A stretch of 64,000 nt of DNA from Candidatus Borrarchaeum weybense (GCA_019057385.1 JAHQJS010000004.1:160001-224000); one strand, 5' to 3'; counted from the stretch's first letter, positions 36,985 to 47,816 are shown. Notes: a model not told the origin generated them from the sequence alone. Made by a program: numbers and translations.

Positions 36985-37320
36985 TTAAAGCTGTATAATT
37001 GTTTCTACTCTTTTGTCTTTGGATATTTCTGATAATAATCCCAAAAAATGCTTCTGAGCTTTTTTTAGTTCTTTAAATTTATGAAAATTCTTGATTTTTG
37101 AGTTTTCAGCAATAAAGGAGAAGTATTTTTCATCTTGACCTCGTAATAAACACAGAAAAATATCATCACTAAAGCAGACGCTCTGAATTAACTCCCATCT
37201 GTATGGAATAGGTTCACGATTCCCCCTCATCTTTGCTTTCTCCCTAGATGATTTTAAGTGGATTTGATTAGATAAAAACAACTTCAGAGCAATATCTCGA
37301 AGTAAAACAACTTTTCCCAT
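36985..37320 (-). CDS. Hypothetical protein
   Basis: ORF only; start uncertain. Confidence 0.4.
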   Translation of the reverse strand: MGKVVLLRDIALKLFLSNQIHLKSSREKAKMRGNREPIPYRWELIQSVCFSDDIFLCLLRGQDEKYFSFIAENSKIKNFHKFKELKKAQKHFLGLLSEISKDKRVETIIQL

Positions 37321-37469
37321 AAATATAATTTCAACAGAGTTTAAAAGCCCCGCAAAATTTCAAAATCAGACATAGTTGATTTTCAGAGAAAAGAGATAAA
37401 TTACATATTCAATAAAAACAAGTTTTTGTTCTAGATTCTTGTATTGAGGGTGCATAGATGAATCTAGTT

Positions 37470-38627
37470 TTACATATACAGTTTATTACGTTCTTCTATC
37501 CGTTCTGCCATCCATTTACTGAATTGAGCAAGTGTAGGATCTATTTTTTTTTCTGAGTAGATCAATTCGGCAGAGGCTACTATGGAGGCGATAATATGTG
37601 CTTTATTTGCATCAGGTAGCTGTGGTATCTGTTCTAATTCTTGCTTAACGCGTTTTTCAAAATCATCAATTGTGAGTAATCCCTCCATGACCAGTCGAAA
37701 GCCAGTAAGGATATTTTCTGTGATATTTTCTAGGTCAATTTCCAAATTAAGACCCTGAAGAAATGCTAAAGTAACATTCACAGTCTCAGCATAACATTCA
37801 AAAATAAGGAGAGGATCGTCCATGCGATCTTGTGTTTGTGACAATGCAATTTCTGGTGGAATCTTCGTTTTTAATGCATGTGCAATCTTTAATTTTCCAA
37901 ATTCACGAATCGTATCTAAAAACGGAAGGATAAAAGAAAGTACTAGAGGTGCAAAATCAATATTGTTTTCTTCAAGAAGTATTTCGATTGCATCGTGGGC
38001 TTCTTCAAACGTAATTTCTTCTGTAATATACGCCTTAAAGATTTCAATAATCAATGCACGAATATGAAGGGCTAATTCATAATTTCTGAGACGCAAGGTA
38101 AGTAAAGTAAATACAGTTTCCATCAACTCTCTGTCAAAAAATGTGATAAGAATCCATTCTGCAGTTAATCCTTTAATGTCCCGTATACGTTCTTCAATAT
38201 CTGTATCTATCTCCACTTCTTTCCTAAATTGCTTTGCAAATGTGGTTAATGAATTAACAATGAATTGCTGAAGGGTATCATCAATATCAACTGTATTGTA
38301 TGTTCGTTTCATAAATGAAAATATATCTTCCTCTTTAACTGGCGCAATTAACGCGTTCTTAAAAGATTTGAGTAATTTTTCATGCAGTAAACTTCTTTTC
38401 TTTGGGGTTAGAGTTAAAACAAGTCTTTCAATTATAGGCCAGAAGACAAACTTGAAGAAATCATTTAAGAGTTCTTCATTTTCTTTTAAGAAATTGTTAG
38501 GCAAATTTACTCCCTCTTCTTTTTCAAGAGAAGACATGATAATTTGTGCTTTCCAAAATCGTTTAAAAAATCTCATAATATGGCCTGTGACACATAGAGA
38601 GCTCAATCTTTTCAAAGAAAAAGACAA
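37470..38627 (-). CDS. Hypothetical all-helical protein
   Basis: Long ORF with protein-like composition between two ESCRT-III genes. True start probably near MSSLEK. Confidence 0.7.
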   Translation of the reverse strand: MSFSLKRLSSLCVTGHIMRFFKRFWKAQIIMSSLEKEEGVNLPNNFLKENEELLNDFFKFVFWPIIERLVLTLTPKKRSLLHEKLLKSFKNALIAPVKEEDIFSFMKRTYNTVDIDDTLQQFIVNSLTTFAKQFRKEVEIDTDIEERIRDIKGLTAEWILITFFDRELMETVFTLLTLRLRNYELALHIRALIIEIFKAYITEEITFEEAHDAIEILLEENNIDFAPLVLSFILPFLDTIREFGKLKIAHALKTKIPPEIALSQTQDRMDDPLLIFECYAETVNVTLAFLQGLNLEIDLENITENILTGFRLVMEGLLTIDDFEKRVKQELEQIPQLPDANKAHIIASIVASAELIYSEKKIDPTLAQFSKWMAERIEERNKLYM

Positions 38628-38720
38628 GCTTCTATAAAATATACATTAATCTCTGTATCGAACCTAATTTGAATCTAGTGTAAATAAAAGAATACAGCGT
38701 TGATGGAAATAAAAGACTAA

Positions 38721-39305
38721 TCAGTCTTCTTTCAGTTTTTCAATTTCTTTTTGTAGTTCTTTTGATCTAATATCTGGAGAAGGTAGTCCTGTTTCGGCAT
38801 GTACACTCCTTTCAGCGCCAAGTTCCACCATTATCTTATCTACTTCAGTATCCTCGACATCTGCTGCCATTGTACCCTCAAGTCCATCTTCCATCACTTC
38901 ACTAGTGATATCTGCCTCACCGAGCACGCCTTCTAGTTCATTGATAGTTTGTCCAAGTTCAGGCGCTTTAATTTGTGCATTAACTGTACGTAATGACCTG
39001 ATAACCCATTTGAGATCTTTTCCCAGATCACCTACTGCTTGTGCACGTTCCAACTTAAATTGTAGACCATTGATCCTGCTCTGTAATTGACTGTAGCCCA
39101 TGGCCCATCGCCGATAGCGTGCTGCATCTGTTGCATACATCCTTCCATTGTCTAAATTTCCCTGTTGAATCTCTCCACGCGCTTCACGAAGCATTTTTCT
39201 TTCTTTGTTTTTTAGTTTCTTTTTCTGACGCTCAAGTCTTCTGTCCGTGAGTTTTAAGTTTATGATCAAATCCTGAAGGCTTTTTCCTCCACCAAGCCAG
39301 CTCAT
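38721..39305 (-). CDS. ESCRT-III Vps2/24/46 (CHMP1-3)-like protein
   Basis: MSWLGGGKSLQDLIINLK..RRLERQ, GRMYATDA, EVDKIMVEL, terminal ELQKEIEKLK. The ORF-track ATG 39374 abuts the TATA box, so the start was moved to ATG 39305. Confidence 0.83.
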   Translation of the reverse strand: MSWLGGGKSLQDLIINLKLTDRRLERQKKKLKNKERKMLREARGEIQQGNLDNGRMYATDAARYRRWAMGYSQLQSRINGLQFKLERAQAVGDLGKDLKWVIRSLRTVNAQIKAPELGQTINELEGVLGEADITSEVMEDGLEGTMAADVEDTEVDKIMVELGAERSVHAETGLPSPDIRSKELQKEIEKLKED

Positions 39306-39472
39306 AAATCTTTTGAATACTATTTTAATCACTTCTTTTACGATCTTTCTTTTATCTAAGAAAAGATCACGCATCCTTATAAAACTTTGTATGCGACTTT
39401 TTTCGTCCCCTGCTAGTAATTCTGTCTGATCAAGGGTGTCAGACCTTTATATTTGTTTACAGTTTATTTATT

Positions 39473-40924
39473 TTAAGGGGTGAAGAGATAGACTTTAATG
39501 CTATGAGGTTCTGCCATTAATTCACAATCAGACTCAAGCCACGCTCTAAACTCATAATCTGGATCAATAGATGGTATTCTAGCGTTGTCAATCAGTAACC
39601 ACACTTTTTCTTCAGAATTCTGTATCTCTTCAAGGACACTAGGTTCAAAAAATTCAATAGATAATCTGTAATCGACTTTCCCCAAATAATACTCAACAGC
39701 CTTATCACCTGTAGTTGCAATGAGATCTTCCGGTTCCATATTAGATGTAACATATGCACAGGCAGATTTCCAATCTGGATGGATTTCCTTTGTATAATGC
39801 TCAAAGAGGGCAGGTAGGTTAATTATACTAATAACCGTAGCAAATACAAATCCTAGGGCTAAGAACTTGTTTAACTCCAGATTCTTTAACATTATAACGT
39901 GAAATTTCTTTTCTTTTGCACTTTTCATAATTCTTTCAAAGATTTCTATTATGAGACTAGATGACAATAGTGCAAAAGCGGGCAAAGTAAAAATAACATA
40001 TCGAGGAACAACATTGGTTACAAATGTAAGCACAGAAACCGTAGCCACAGGAATCGCTGCATAGCCCGTTAATAAGTAGCCCGCTTTATTTTTTTGTGAA
40101 ATTAAATAAATTGCACTAACTACGGAGAATAGCGATAACGTTGGTCCAAAAGTGTCTTCAAATAGCGTCAAGAAATAAATGTGGATAGGCAATCCCCATC
40201 TTGAGCTTGTGCCTCCAATCTTGAATGTTAGTGTCTGGGGAATAATGGTAAGAAACAGTGGCAAGGTAAAGATAAAGAACAAAGCAAAAAAGATTATAAG
40301 ATATTTATAATTGATGCTAATTTCTATTTTCTCAAAAAACTTTATTGAGATCAACCAAGCAGCTATTATTACTAGGATAAGAATAGCTAAATAATGCGTA
40401 TAAAAGGCAAGTATAGTAAATAATACCGAAAGTACGTAAGATGTGAGCGTTGTTTTATAAATTGTACGATAAAAGAAATATAAGGCTAAGATGGTAAAAA
40501 CCGTTAATTCAGTATACATTCTTGCTTCTTGAGACCATCTAATATACCATGGAGATAAGGAAATTATAAAAGAGGCAACCAAGCCTTCTTTTTCGCCAAA
40601 TAGTTGTTTTCCAAAAAAATAGATTAAAGGTATTGTAGCAATGCCAAATAGGCATGAGGGAAGTCGTGCAGTAAATTCTGTCGTTCCTAGAGTTTCTATT
40701 ACGATCCTAAGGATCAGGAAAGAGAGCGGTGGATGTGAGATGTTGTATAAATTGCCTCTAGCATCCAGAATAGATGAGGCTTCGTCATACCAAAAACTTT
40801 GAGCACCTAATTTGTAAAACCTCAAAACTGCTCCAATAATGGTAATTAAAATGATAAGAAAAATGTTCAACGTACGTGGAGCTGATAAATTGCGCTTAAT
40901 TGAGGTTTTTGTAAGCATTTTCAC
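39473..40924 (-). CDS. GT-C (family 39/ArnT/PMT-like) glycosyltransferase
   Basis: LRFYKLGAQSFWYDE, HPPL, ARLPS, SQEARMY, polytopic. Confidence 0.88.
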   Translation of the reverse strand: MKMLTKTSIKRNLSAPRTLNIFLIILITIIGAVLRFYKLGAQSFWYDEASSILDARGNLYNISHPPLSFLILRIVIETLGTTEFTARLPSCLFGIATIPLIYFFGKQLFGEKEGLVASFIISLSPWYIRWSQEARMYTELTVFTILALYFFYRTIYKTTLTSYVLSVLFTILAFYTHYLAILILVIIAAWLISIKFFEKIEISINYKYLIIFFALFFIFTLPLFLTIIPQTLTFKIGGTSSRWGLPIHIYFLTLFEDTFGPTLSLFSVVSAIYLISQKNKAGYLLTGYAAIPVATVSVLTFVTNVVPRYVIFTLPAFALLSSSLIIEIFERIMKSAKEKKFHVIMLKNLELNKFLALGFVFATVISIINLPALFEHYTKEIHPDWKSACAYVTSNMEPEDLIATTGDKAVEYYLGKVDYRLSIEFFEPSVLEEIQNSEEKVWLLIDNARIPSIDPDYEFRAWLESDCELMAEPHSIKVYLFTP

Positions 40925-41061
40925 AACTTTCCGTAAATAATCATTCTTGTTACCACTAATGTCAATAAAATGATATTAAGAACTTATCGATTAAGTGGCA
41001 AAAGGACTCGTAAGGGATAGTTTATTATCGATGTAGGAAAAAAGGTGAAAAAAAAAGAAAT

Positions 41062-42831
41062 TCATTTGACAAAAATGTCCACAACTTTTTGCTGTGTGAC
41101 ATCGATAAGCCCTTTGTCAGTGATTTTCAATTCGGGGATCACTGGTAGTGCGATAAATGATATTGTAAAGAAGGGTGACTTTAGAGTACAATTTAATTCT
41201 GTCTTGGCTGTTTTTAGTAAATCAACATAATTTTTAGCCACCGTCATACCAGATGCATCACTAAGTATTCCACCAATTGGAAGTGGAAGATCTGCAAGGA
41301 TTTTTCCATCTTTTGCAACCACTAAACCACCATTCAACTCCATAATATGCTTAACTGCTGTGCTCATATCGTTCGGATCCGCTCCAACAACGACTATATT
41401 ATGTGAATCGTGTGCGACTGAGCTTGCAATGGCTCCAGATGTAATTCCAAAACCCTTGATGAAACCTTTGCCAATATTACCCTCATTTGAATATCTCTCA
41501 ATGACAGCTACTGCTAACATATCTTCTTCAGGATTTGGTTCCAACTTTCCTTTTTTAATAGAGACTGTACCTTCTTCTGCGGTTGTGTAAATTGTACCAT
41601 CCTTTACACCGATTGCTCGAACGCGCTGTGGTTTCTTCTTCTTAGTTTTTACTAAGAGTTGCGCTGGTTTTGGTGGAGTTTTAATTCCTATAGTCTTTTT
41701 AATCGATTCTGAAAACTCAAAATCTGGCGCGGAAACCAGTAATTGTCCTTCGTCTAAAACCGGTTTACCGTCAAAAATGACTGTAGAAGGTTTTATGGAA
41801 TTCAAATCATCTAATATTACAAGATCCGCAGTTTTTCCAGGAGTTATACTGCCAAAAGTCTTGTCTAATCCTAAGTATTCAGCAGGATTTATAGTAGCAA
41901 TTTGAATAGCAGTAACAGGATCTAATCCACTCTCGATTGCTCTTTTTATAACATGATCTATATGTCCCTTTGTAATGAGATCAGACGCTGAAAGATCATC
42001 GGTAGCAAATAAGCAGTGCCTTGTGCCAATCTGTTTGTCGATAATTGCTTTCAAGAGAGTTTCTAAGTTCTTACAACCAGTACCTTCCCTGATTTGGAGC
42101 CACATGCCTAATCTAAGTTTTTCCAGGGCTTCATCTCCTTGTGTGGTTTCGTGATCTGACATAATACCCGCAGAAAGATATGCATTCAATTCTTTTCCAG
42201 TAAGACCTGGTGCATGTCCATCTATGACTCTAGCATCTTTTCCTGTTTCTAACTTAGCTAAGATTGTTGGATCTGCATGAAGAACACCTGGATAATTCAT
42301 CATTTCTCCTAATCCAATTATTGGCGAACGAGGGTATAGCGATAACAGGGTTGCGATATCGTGTTCTTTAATAGTATGTTTTGTAGTTTCCAATTCTGGT
42401 GCCGCCGGAACGCATGTCGGAACAAGGAAATAGATCCTCTGAGGTATATTTCTTGCTTCAAGCAAAAATTCCTTAATACCTGCAATTCCTGACGCGTTTG
42501 CGATTTCATGTGGATCCCATACAATACTTGTTGTTCCATGCAAAAGCGAGTACTTTGAAAAGTTTGTAGGAGTTAACATACTACTTTCAATGTGGATATG
42601 TGAATCAAAAAACCCTGGTGTCACAACACCTTTCGTCTTTATAACAACTGTATCTTTTCCGACGATATCTTCAACATCACCCACACGTACGATTTTATTG
42701 TTTGATATTCCTATATCTGCAGGATAAACCTCTTTCGTTATTGTATTTACGATCTCTGATCCTTTTATTACTAAATCAGCTTTCATCTCACCGATTGCTG
42801 TCTTTATGAGATTTTCTAACATCTTTTCCAC
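41062..42831 (-). CDS. ade: Adenine deaminase
   Basis: DSHIHIESSM, DPHEIAN, GEMMNYPG, DGHAP, SDHE, ATDD, SSVAHDSHN. Confidence 0.95.
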   Translation of the reverse strand: MEKMLENLIKTAIGEMKADLVIKGSEIVNTITKEVYPADIGISNNKIVRVGDVEDIVGKDTVVIKTKGVVTPGFFDSHIHIESSMLTPTNFSKYSLLHGTTSIVWDPHEIANASGIAGIKEFLLEARNIPQRIYFLVPTCVPAAPELETTKHTIKEHDIATLLSLYPRSPIIGLGEMMNYPGVLHADPTILAKLETGKDARVIDGHAPGLTGKELNAYLSAGIMSDHETTQGDEALEKLRLGMWLQIREGTGCKNLETLLKAIIDKQIGTRHCLFATDDLSASDLITKGHIDHVIKRAIESGLDPVTAIQIATINPAEYLGLDKTFGSITPGKTADLVILDDLNSIKPSTVIFDGKPVLDEGQLLVSAPDFEFSESIKKTIGIKTPPKPAQLLVKTKKKKPQRVRAIGVKDGTIYTTAEEGTVSIKKGKLEPNPEEDMLAVAVIERYSNEGNIGKGFIKGFGITSGAIASSVAHDSHNIVVVGADPNDMSTAVKHIMELNGGLVVAKDGKILADLPLPIGGILSDASGMTVAKNYVDLLKTAKTELNCTLKSPFFTISFIALPVIPELKITDKGLIDVTQQKVVDIFVK

Positions 42832-43057
42832 CTTTGCTCTCTTTAGAGCATTTTAATTATTATCAACTGTGCAATTAACGTACATTAGATGTATTTTAAA
42901 CGGAGATATTTGTAGTTTATTGTCAAATCGATACTTCAATACAAAAATAATGAGCACGACTTCTTCTTGATTTGTGAGAAATTTTTATCTTATAGAGTTT
43001 TTAGATTTCGAAACCAAAAGTTCTTAAAATATCTCTCCATAATGCTGATGATATCGA

Positions 43058-44434
43058 TTGGTGGTGACGTTTATCAGAGAAAAGATCTCCTTCCTGCAAG
43101 CTAGCATAATCTCTTTATTTAAAAAAATTGGTTCAAAATCCACTTGGAATGACGATCGCGTTAAAATCTTCTTTATTGCACTTGTAATCTATCTTTTTTC
43201 TCTATCTGTTTTTCGAGCTTTTCACTCGGAGGATGAGTTCAGTTATTTCTACTTGACTTATTCTATTGTCGAAAACCGAAGTTTTACAATCGATCCTATT
43301 GCAGGACATCATTTAAGCAACACCGAAAACTTCGTGCAATATGATGGGAATTGGTATTCAAAGTATCCTCCTGGTTTGCCTTTTCTCGCAATTCCATTTT
43401 ATCTTGTTGGAAGATTCATTTGGCAGTTAATGGGATTCAATGGATTCCCGTTGATTATTATGTGTTCAATTAGTAGTTTTTCTGCCGCATTTTCTCTTGT
43501 CATAGTATATGAGTTCTGTACGTTCTTCAAATTCAGTTATATAGCAAAAAGAGCAACAATTGTCACATATGGATTTGGAACAATAGCGTGGGTGTATGCG
43601 AAGACCTTTTTTTCACACTCTATTGCTACGCTTTTCATTTTATTGAGTTTATATTTATTCATTTCAATGACAAGAGATGAAAAAGAGGATTCAGTTTACA
43701 TGAAGTCGTTACTATCTGGAATAGCAATAGGGCTTGCTACCCTCATTCGCTATACAAGTTTCCTTTTTGTATTTCCTTTGGTCTTTTATTTTGTCCTAAA
43801 ACCTATGTCTCTGAAAAAGGAGCGAGCAACACTTTTTATTTTCCCTCTCCTAATATTCATTCTACTTGCTGGGTGGTACAATTTCATTTGTTTTGATAGC
43901 CCCTTCATTACAGGCTATCATTTAAATCAATTGTATGGAAATGAAACGGAACGATTTACAACTCCTATTTACATAGGATTATGGGGTCTCCTTATTTCTC
44001 CGAAAAGGGGGTTGTTTATTTATTCGCCTGTTCTTTTGTTTAGCATTATCGGTATAAAAGAACTCTATACAGAAGTAAAAGAAGAGACAGTTCTCCTAAT
44101 AAGTTCCTTTATGATACTGTTGTTGGTCTATTCTGCATGGTGGTATTGGCCTGGTGGTCTTTGTTATGGACCTCGTTTGCTGCATGAAGCTATTCCACTC
44201 TTCACAATTCCAATAGGAAAATCCATAGACTCATATAAAAATAAAAGGATATTTTGGATCGCCTTTATTGTGCTTCTATGCTTCAGTATTTATGCACAGT
44301 TTGCTGCCGTAGTTACTGACTTCATAACCACAGATTATCCAACATCATTTAATGAAATTGGACTGATTGCTGTATCGAGGAAATTATTCAATGGAGAATT
44401 CGATACCTTGCTTAGTAGACTTCTTGGAATCTAA
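43058..44434 (+). CDS. GT-C-fold membrane glycosyltransferase
   Basis: SEDE loop, YSKYPPG, RGLFIYSP, WPGGLCYGPRLL; many TM segments. Confidence 0.78.
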   Translation: MVVTFIREKISFLQASIISLFKKIGSKSTWNDDRVKIFFIALVIYLFSLSVFRAFHSEDEFSYFYLTYSIVENRSFTIDPIAGHHLSNTENFVQYDGNWYSKYPPGLPFLAIPFYLVGRFIWQLMGFNGFPLIIMCSISSFSAAFSLVIVYEFCTFFKFSYIAKRATIVTYGFGTIAWVYAKTFFSHSIATLFILLSLYLFISMTRDEKEDSVYMKSLLSGIAIGLATLIRYTSFLFVFPLVFYFVLKPMSLKKERATLFIFPLLIFILLAGWYNFICFDSPFITGYHLNQLYGNETERFTTPIYIGLWGLLISPKRGLFIYSPVLLFSIIGIKELYTEVKEETVLLISSFMILLLVYSAWWYWPGGLCYGPRLLHEAIPLFTIPIGKSIDSYKNKRIFWIAFIVLLCFSIYAQFAAVVTDFITTDYPTSFNEIGLIAVSRKLFNGEFDTLLSRLLGI

Positions 44435-44439
44435 GTGCA

Positions 44440-45126
44440 TTACAAATAGATTTTTGCGGTCTCATAAGATTTTTTTATATGAGATTGACCATTATTGACG
44501 ACATCCATATGTCCTGGCGCTAAAATGTCTATGTTTAATTCTGCTAAACGTTCTAGGGAATTTACAAGATCCTTGCTATTTCCTCCTGGAGGTAAATCGG
44601 TTCTTCCAAAGCTCCCATGAGCGAAAACTGTGTCTCCCGAAAATAATATACGTGCTTCTTTTTCGTAGAGGCAAATACTTCCACAAGTATGCCCAGGCGT
44701 ATGAAGCACTTCAAAAACAAATTCATCAAACCTAATAATATCGCCGTCTTGTAATTTTCTTGCTATAGGTGTTCCTTGTAATGGTAAAGAAAATAGTGCT
44801 GCTGCTGTAGCTTCCTTATCTCCTTCCTCGACATAATTCGCTTCGCTTTCATGGATACTAACGTCTGCAGATGTTTTTTCTACTAACTCATTCAGCCCGC
44901 CAATGTGGTCGACGTGCGAATGTGTTAGAATTATATTTTGAAGGCTTTCTAAAGAAATATTAGATTTTTTCATCGCATCAATTAGATTATGAGCGTATAA
45001 ACCAGTATCGATAACCAGATATGCATCTTGGCCTATTAAATAGACATTAGAAGTAAAACTCTCTGAAACTCTGAGTATCTTTATTTGGGGCATAATTTCG
45101 ATAAGATCTGACAAATTAATACACAT
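44440..45126 (-). CDS. MBL-fold metallo-hydrolase (glyoxalase II-like)
   Basis: THSHVDHIGG, HTPGHT, FSGD, PGH. Confidence 0.9.
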   Translation of the reverse strand: MCINLSDLIEIMPQIKILRVSESFTSNVYLIGQDAYLVIDTGLYAHNLIDAMKKSNISLESLQNIILTHSHVDHIGGLNELVEKTSADVSIHESEANYVEEGDKEATAAALFSLPLQGTPIARKLQDGDIIRFDEFVFEVLHTPGHTCGSICLYEKEARILFSGDTVFAHGSFGRTDLPPGGNSKDLVNSLERLAELNIDILAPGHMDVVNNGQSHIKKSYETAKIYL

Positions 45127-45353
45127 CTATGTACATATTATAGGTGAAAATTTACAGGTGAATAGTGAATTTAATTCTTTTGGAAAAAGGCAAACGTTCG
45201 CGCTGTGTTCATTCTTTAAAACATTTAGATGGGTCAAATCATCTGTGAACATGAATTTTTCTTAAATTTTGAATATTCTTCTATTTGAAAAATGCTGACA
45301 GAAAGTAATTAAAAAGAAACTCAAAAAAGTTATACAACTTGTTGAATGGTAGT

Positions 45354-47393
45354 TCACTTTCTGAAAGTCTCTATACATGCAAGACTCAGTTTTTCGTAAT
45401 CTTTGCTGCTGATCAGTTTGTATTCAAAGATTTCTTTTAGCCCATCATAGATTTTAGTTTCGATCTCTTTGTCATTTAAAAAATTGTTTTCAGTGCACAC
45501 AGTATCAAAGATTCTCTGTACTTCTTGACGTTCTTCTAATGCCATTTCTAGACGTTGTTTAATAGCATCGAAAAAGTGCGGATCGATACTAATTGGTATT
45601 CTTTTGCTCACAGATTTAAATTTTGAATGTAAATGGCAGGGTGGGATCACAACAAACCGTGCCCCATTTACATCATCTTTATTAACGAATTTTGTGACGT
45701 AACATGGCATATAAGAAATAACAGCATGCTTTGTAAGAGCGGCAGGAATTGATCCTGAAGGAATTATGAATTTATTTAAATCGCTAAGTTCATTAGTTAT
45801 TTCTTGTTTCAAGGAATCTATCATTTCTAAGAGCTTATCTCGTTTAGATTCTAGCATTTTAGTTGAAACGGATATTGAAGCACGTTTTTCTTCAAATTCC
45901 TTTTTCAGAAGTACAATACGTTCATTCTGCTCAGATACTAAATTGTTGTACTTAACATTTACATCATTAATTTCTTTTTGCAGGGAATATCGAAGTTCAT
46001 CATATTGTATCTCGATTTTATTAAGCGTATCTTCTGTGTTATGGAAAGCTACTTCAATACTGCTTAGTAGAAGTCGTTTTCTTCGAATACTATCAATAAA
46101 GGTTTCTGTAAAATCTTCTTGTGAATTAGAAGAGTTAGACTGTAAGATTTGCCCAGAATATTTTAGTAATGATCTGGTGCTTTCGTCCAAAATTTTTGTT
46201 TCCTTATGAAATGTATCGTATAGTTCTTCAATTTTGCTTTGTGCATCAAGTTTTTTAGCTTCAATTTCATTTTCTCGTTGTTCAACTATTTTCTCAATTG
46301 CCTTTTGTACATCCTCTTTTGTAACTGTAAGCTTACTTGAAAAATCATCTTCTATTTCTTGTAGTTTACCATTAAGTTCTTGTTTCCAATTATTAGTAGT
46401 TGTTATTAAAAGACTTTGAAGTTGCTCTAAACTTTGTGTAGCATCTTGGTTAAATTGAAAACACTCTTCAATTTTTGTTCCATGTATTATGGCCTTATTC
46501 TTGGAAAAAACAGAGCGAAGAGGTTCACTAAATATTTCAGAAGTAGCATAATACTGTACGGTTGGAAATACCTCTAATATTGCTTCTAAAAGATCTGGTT
46601 CAACCATCGCATCAAGTTTGAATTCCTTTTTAGACATTTGATTAAGTAAAACCTCAACTTTATCGAGAGCAAATATTGAATTTGACGCAGAAGTTTTTAA
46701 AATATCTTCGAAAGATGCGAGATTGATCGGGGTTGTAACAGTTTTGTTGTACGTAGTTAAAGCAAATCCATCAACGATTACAGGTCCTTGATTAGTATTA
46801 ATAACCCAAAAAGGCCACAGGACTTTCGTTAAGTATTCAAATTTCTCGTTACGTTTCTTGAATAATCTTCCTCCGCCCTTCTCTCTCAAGTCTTCAAATA
46901 ACGCGAACATAAGAGCGATTTCTTTTTGAAAGTTGGTGATCTCTTCACCCGTATTATCTACAAGGAAAGGAACTGCTATAATATGGCCCATTGTTTGTTC
47001 TTGAATCGTTTGAACAATTCGATCAACATCAGTTTCGAATTTCTTGAAGACACTTACCTCTCCATTGAAATTTTCTAGAAAAGCTCCATATTTCTCTATA
47101 AATACTGTTTTAATCTCATCTAATACGATCTTAAATGTTCCAAGTTGCTTTTCATCGTCTCGATCGATGCCCATTGCTAGAATAAGATCGTACTCTTGTT
47201 CATAGGCGTAAAGAAACTTTAAGTTTTCCATGTCTAAAACATGAATAGACTTTTCCCCTAATTCTTGTGTAAATGTAAAGATCGCAGATGTAAAACTGCT
47301 CAAGAGGTCATCATCCAGATTGAAAGCTATTTGAGTCCAACTAAATATATTTTGACCGGAGCTTTTTAAGATTAGAACATTATGAATTGGCAT
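45354..47393 (-). CDS. Longin-like N-terminal domain + long coiled-coil protein
   Basis: IHNVLILKSSGQNIF...LLSSFTSAIFTFTQEL...FIEKY...FKKFE longin pattern; about 250-aa coiled coil. Confidence 0.72.
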   Translation of the reverse strand: MPIHNVLILKSSGQNIFSWTQIAFNLDDDLLSSFTSAIFTFTQELGEKSIHVLDMENLKFLYAYEQEYDLILAMGIDRDDEKQLGTFKIVLDEIKTVFIEKYGAFLENFNGEVSVFKKFETDVDRIVQTIQEQTMGHIIAVPFLVDNTGEEITNFQKEIALMFALFEDLREKGGGRLFKKRNEKFEYLTKVLWPFWVINTNQGPVIVDGFALTTYNKTVTTPINLASFEDILKTSASNSIFALDKVEVLLNQMSKKEFKLDAMVEPDLLEAILEVFPTVQYYATSEIFSEPLRSVFSKNKAIIHGTKIEECFQFNQDATQSLEQLQSLLITTTNNWKQELNGKLQEIEDDFSSKLTVTKEDVQKAIEKIVEQRENEIEAKKLDAQSKIEELYDTFHKETKILDESTRSLLKYSGQILQSNSSNSQEDFTETFIDSIRRKRLLLSSIEVAFHNTEDTLNKIEIQYDELRYSLQKEINDVNVKYNNLVSEQNERIVLLKKEFEEKRASISVSTKMLESKRDKLLEMIDSLKQEITNELSDLNKFIIPSGSIPAALTKHAVISYMPCYVTKFVNKDDVNGARFVVIPPCHLHSKFKSVSKRIPISIDPHFFDAIKQRLEMALEERQEVQRIFDTVCTENNFLNDKEIETKIYDGLKEIFEYKLISSKDYEKLSLACIETFRK

Positions 47394-47593
47394 TGCCGTA
47401 GAATCCTCGGAACACTAGTAGATCTAAAAGTGCGATTCTTATTGCGAAATTGTGTGGCTGATTTTTTTCAATTGTTGACAAATAGTTGTTAATAACTATC
47501 GTAGTAATCCTTGTTTAATTTTTAAAAAATCCATCTTAAAAATATTCTCAATAAATTATCCGCATACTTTTATATTTCATACCCGAAGGGAAA

Positions 47594-47742
47594 TGGTAGC
47601 CCGGCCCAGATTTTCGCTCCTTTATCATGTGGATGTTTCGAACTGGGGTCCAGGGATCCAGAGTCCTTGATTTCCAAGATTTAGTGATGTATGTCTTTGA
47701 AGCATACCCACTGAATCCGCTTGGCCACTACACTACCGGGCT
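47594..47742 (-). tRNA. tRNA-Gln(CTG) with two non-canonical BHB introns (D-arm ~23/24, 47 nt; T-loop 59/60, 26 nt), CCA encoded
   Basis: Removing 47718-47672 and 47636-47611 gives a 76-nt cloverleaf. BHB central helices CCAA/TTGG and TTCG/CGAA with 3-nt bulges. Confidence 0.92.
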
Positions 47743-47816
47743 AAACTATGGGGTTAGAATTTAATTAACGGAATGATAAATTTAACCTTATCGGTCTCTT
47801 AAGGTTGGGATATGTT

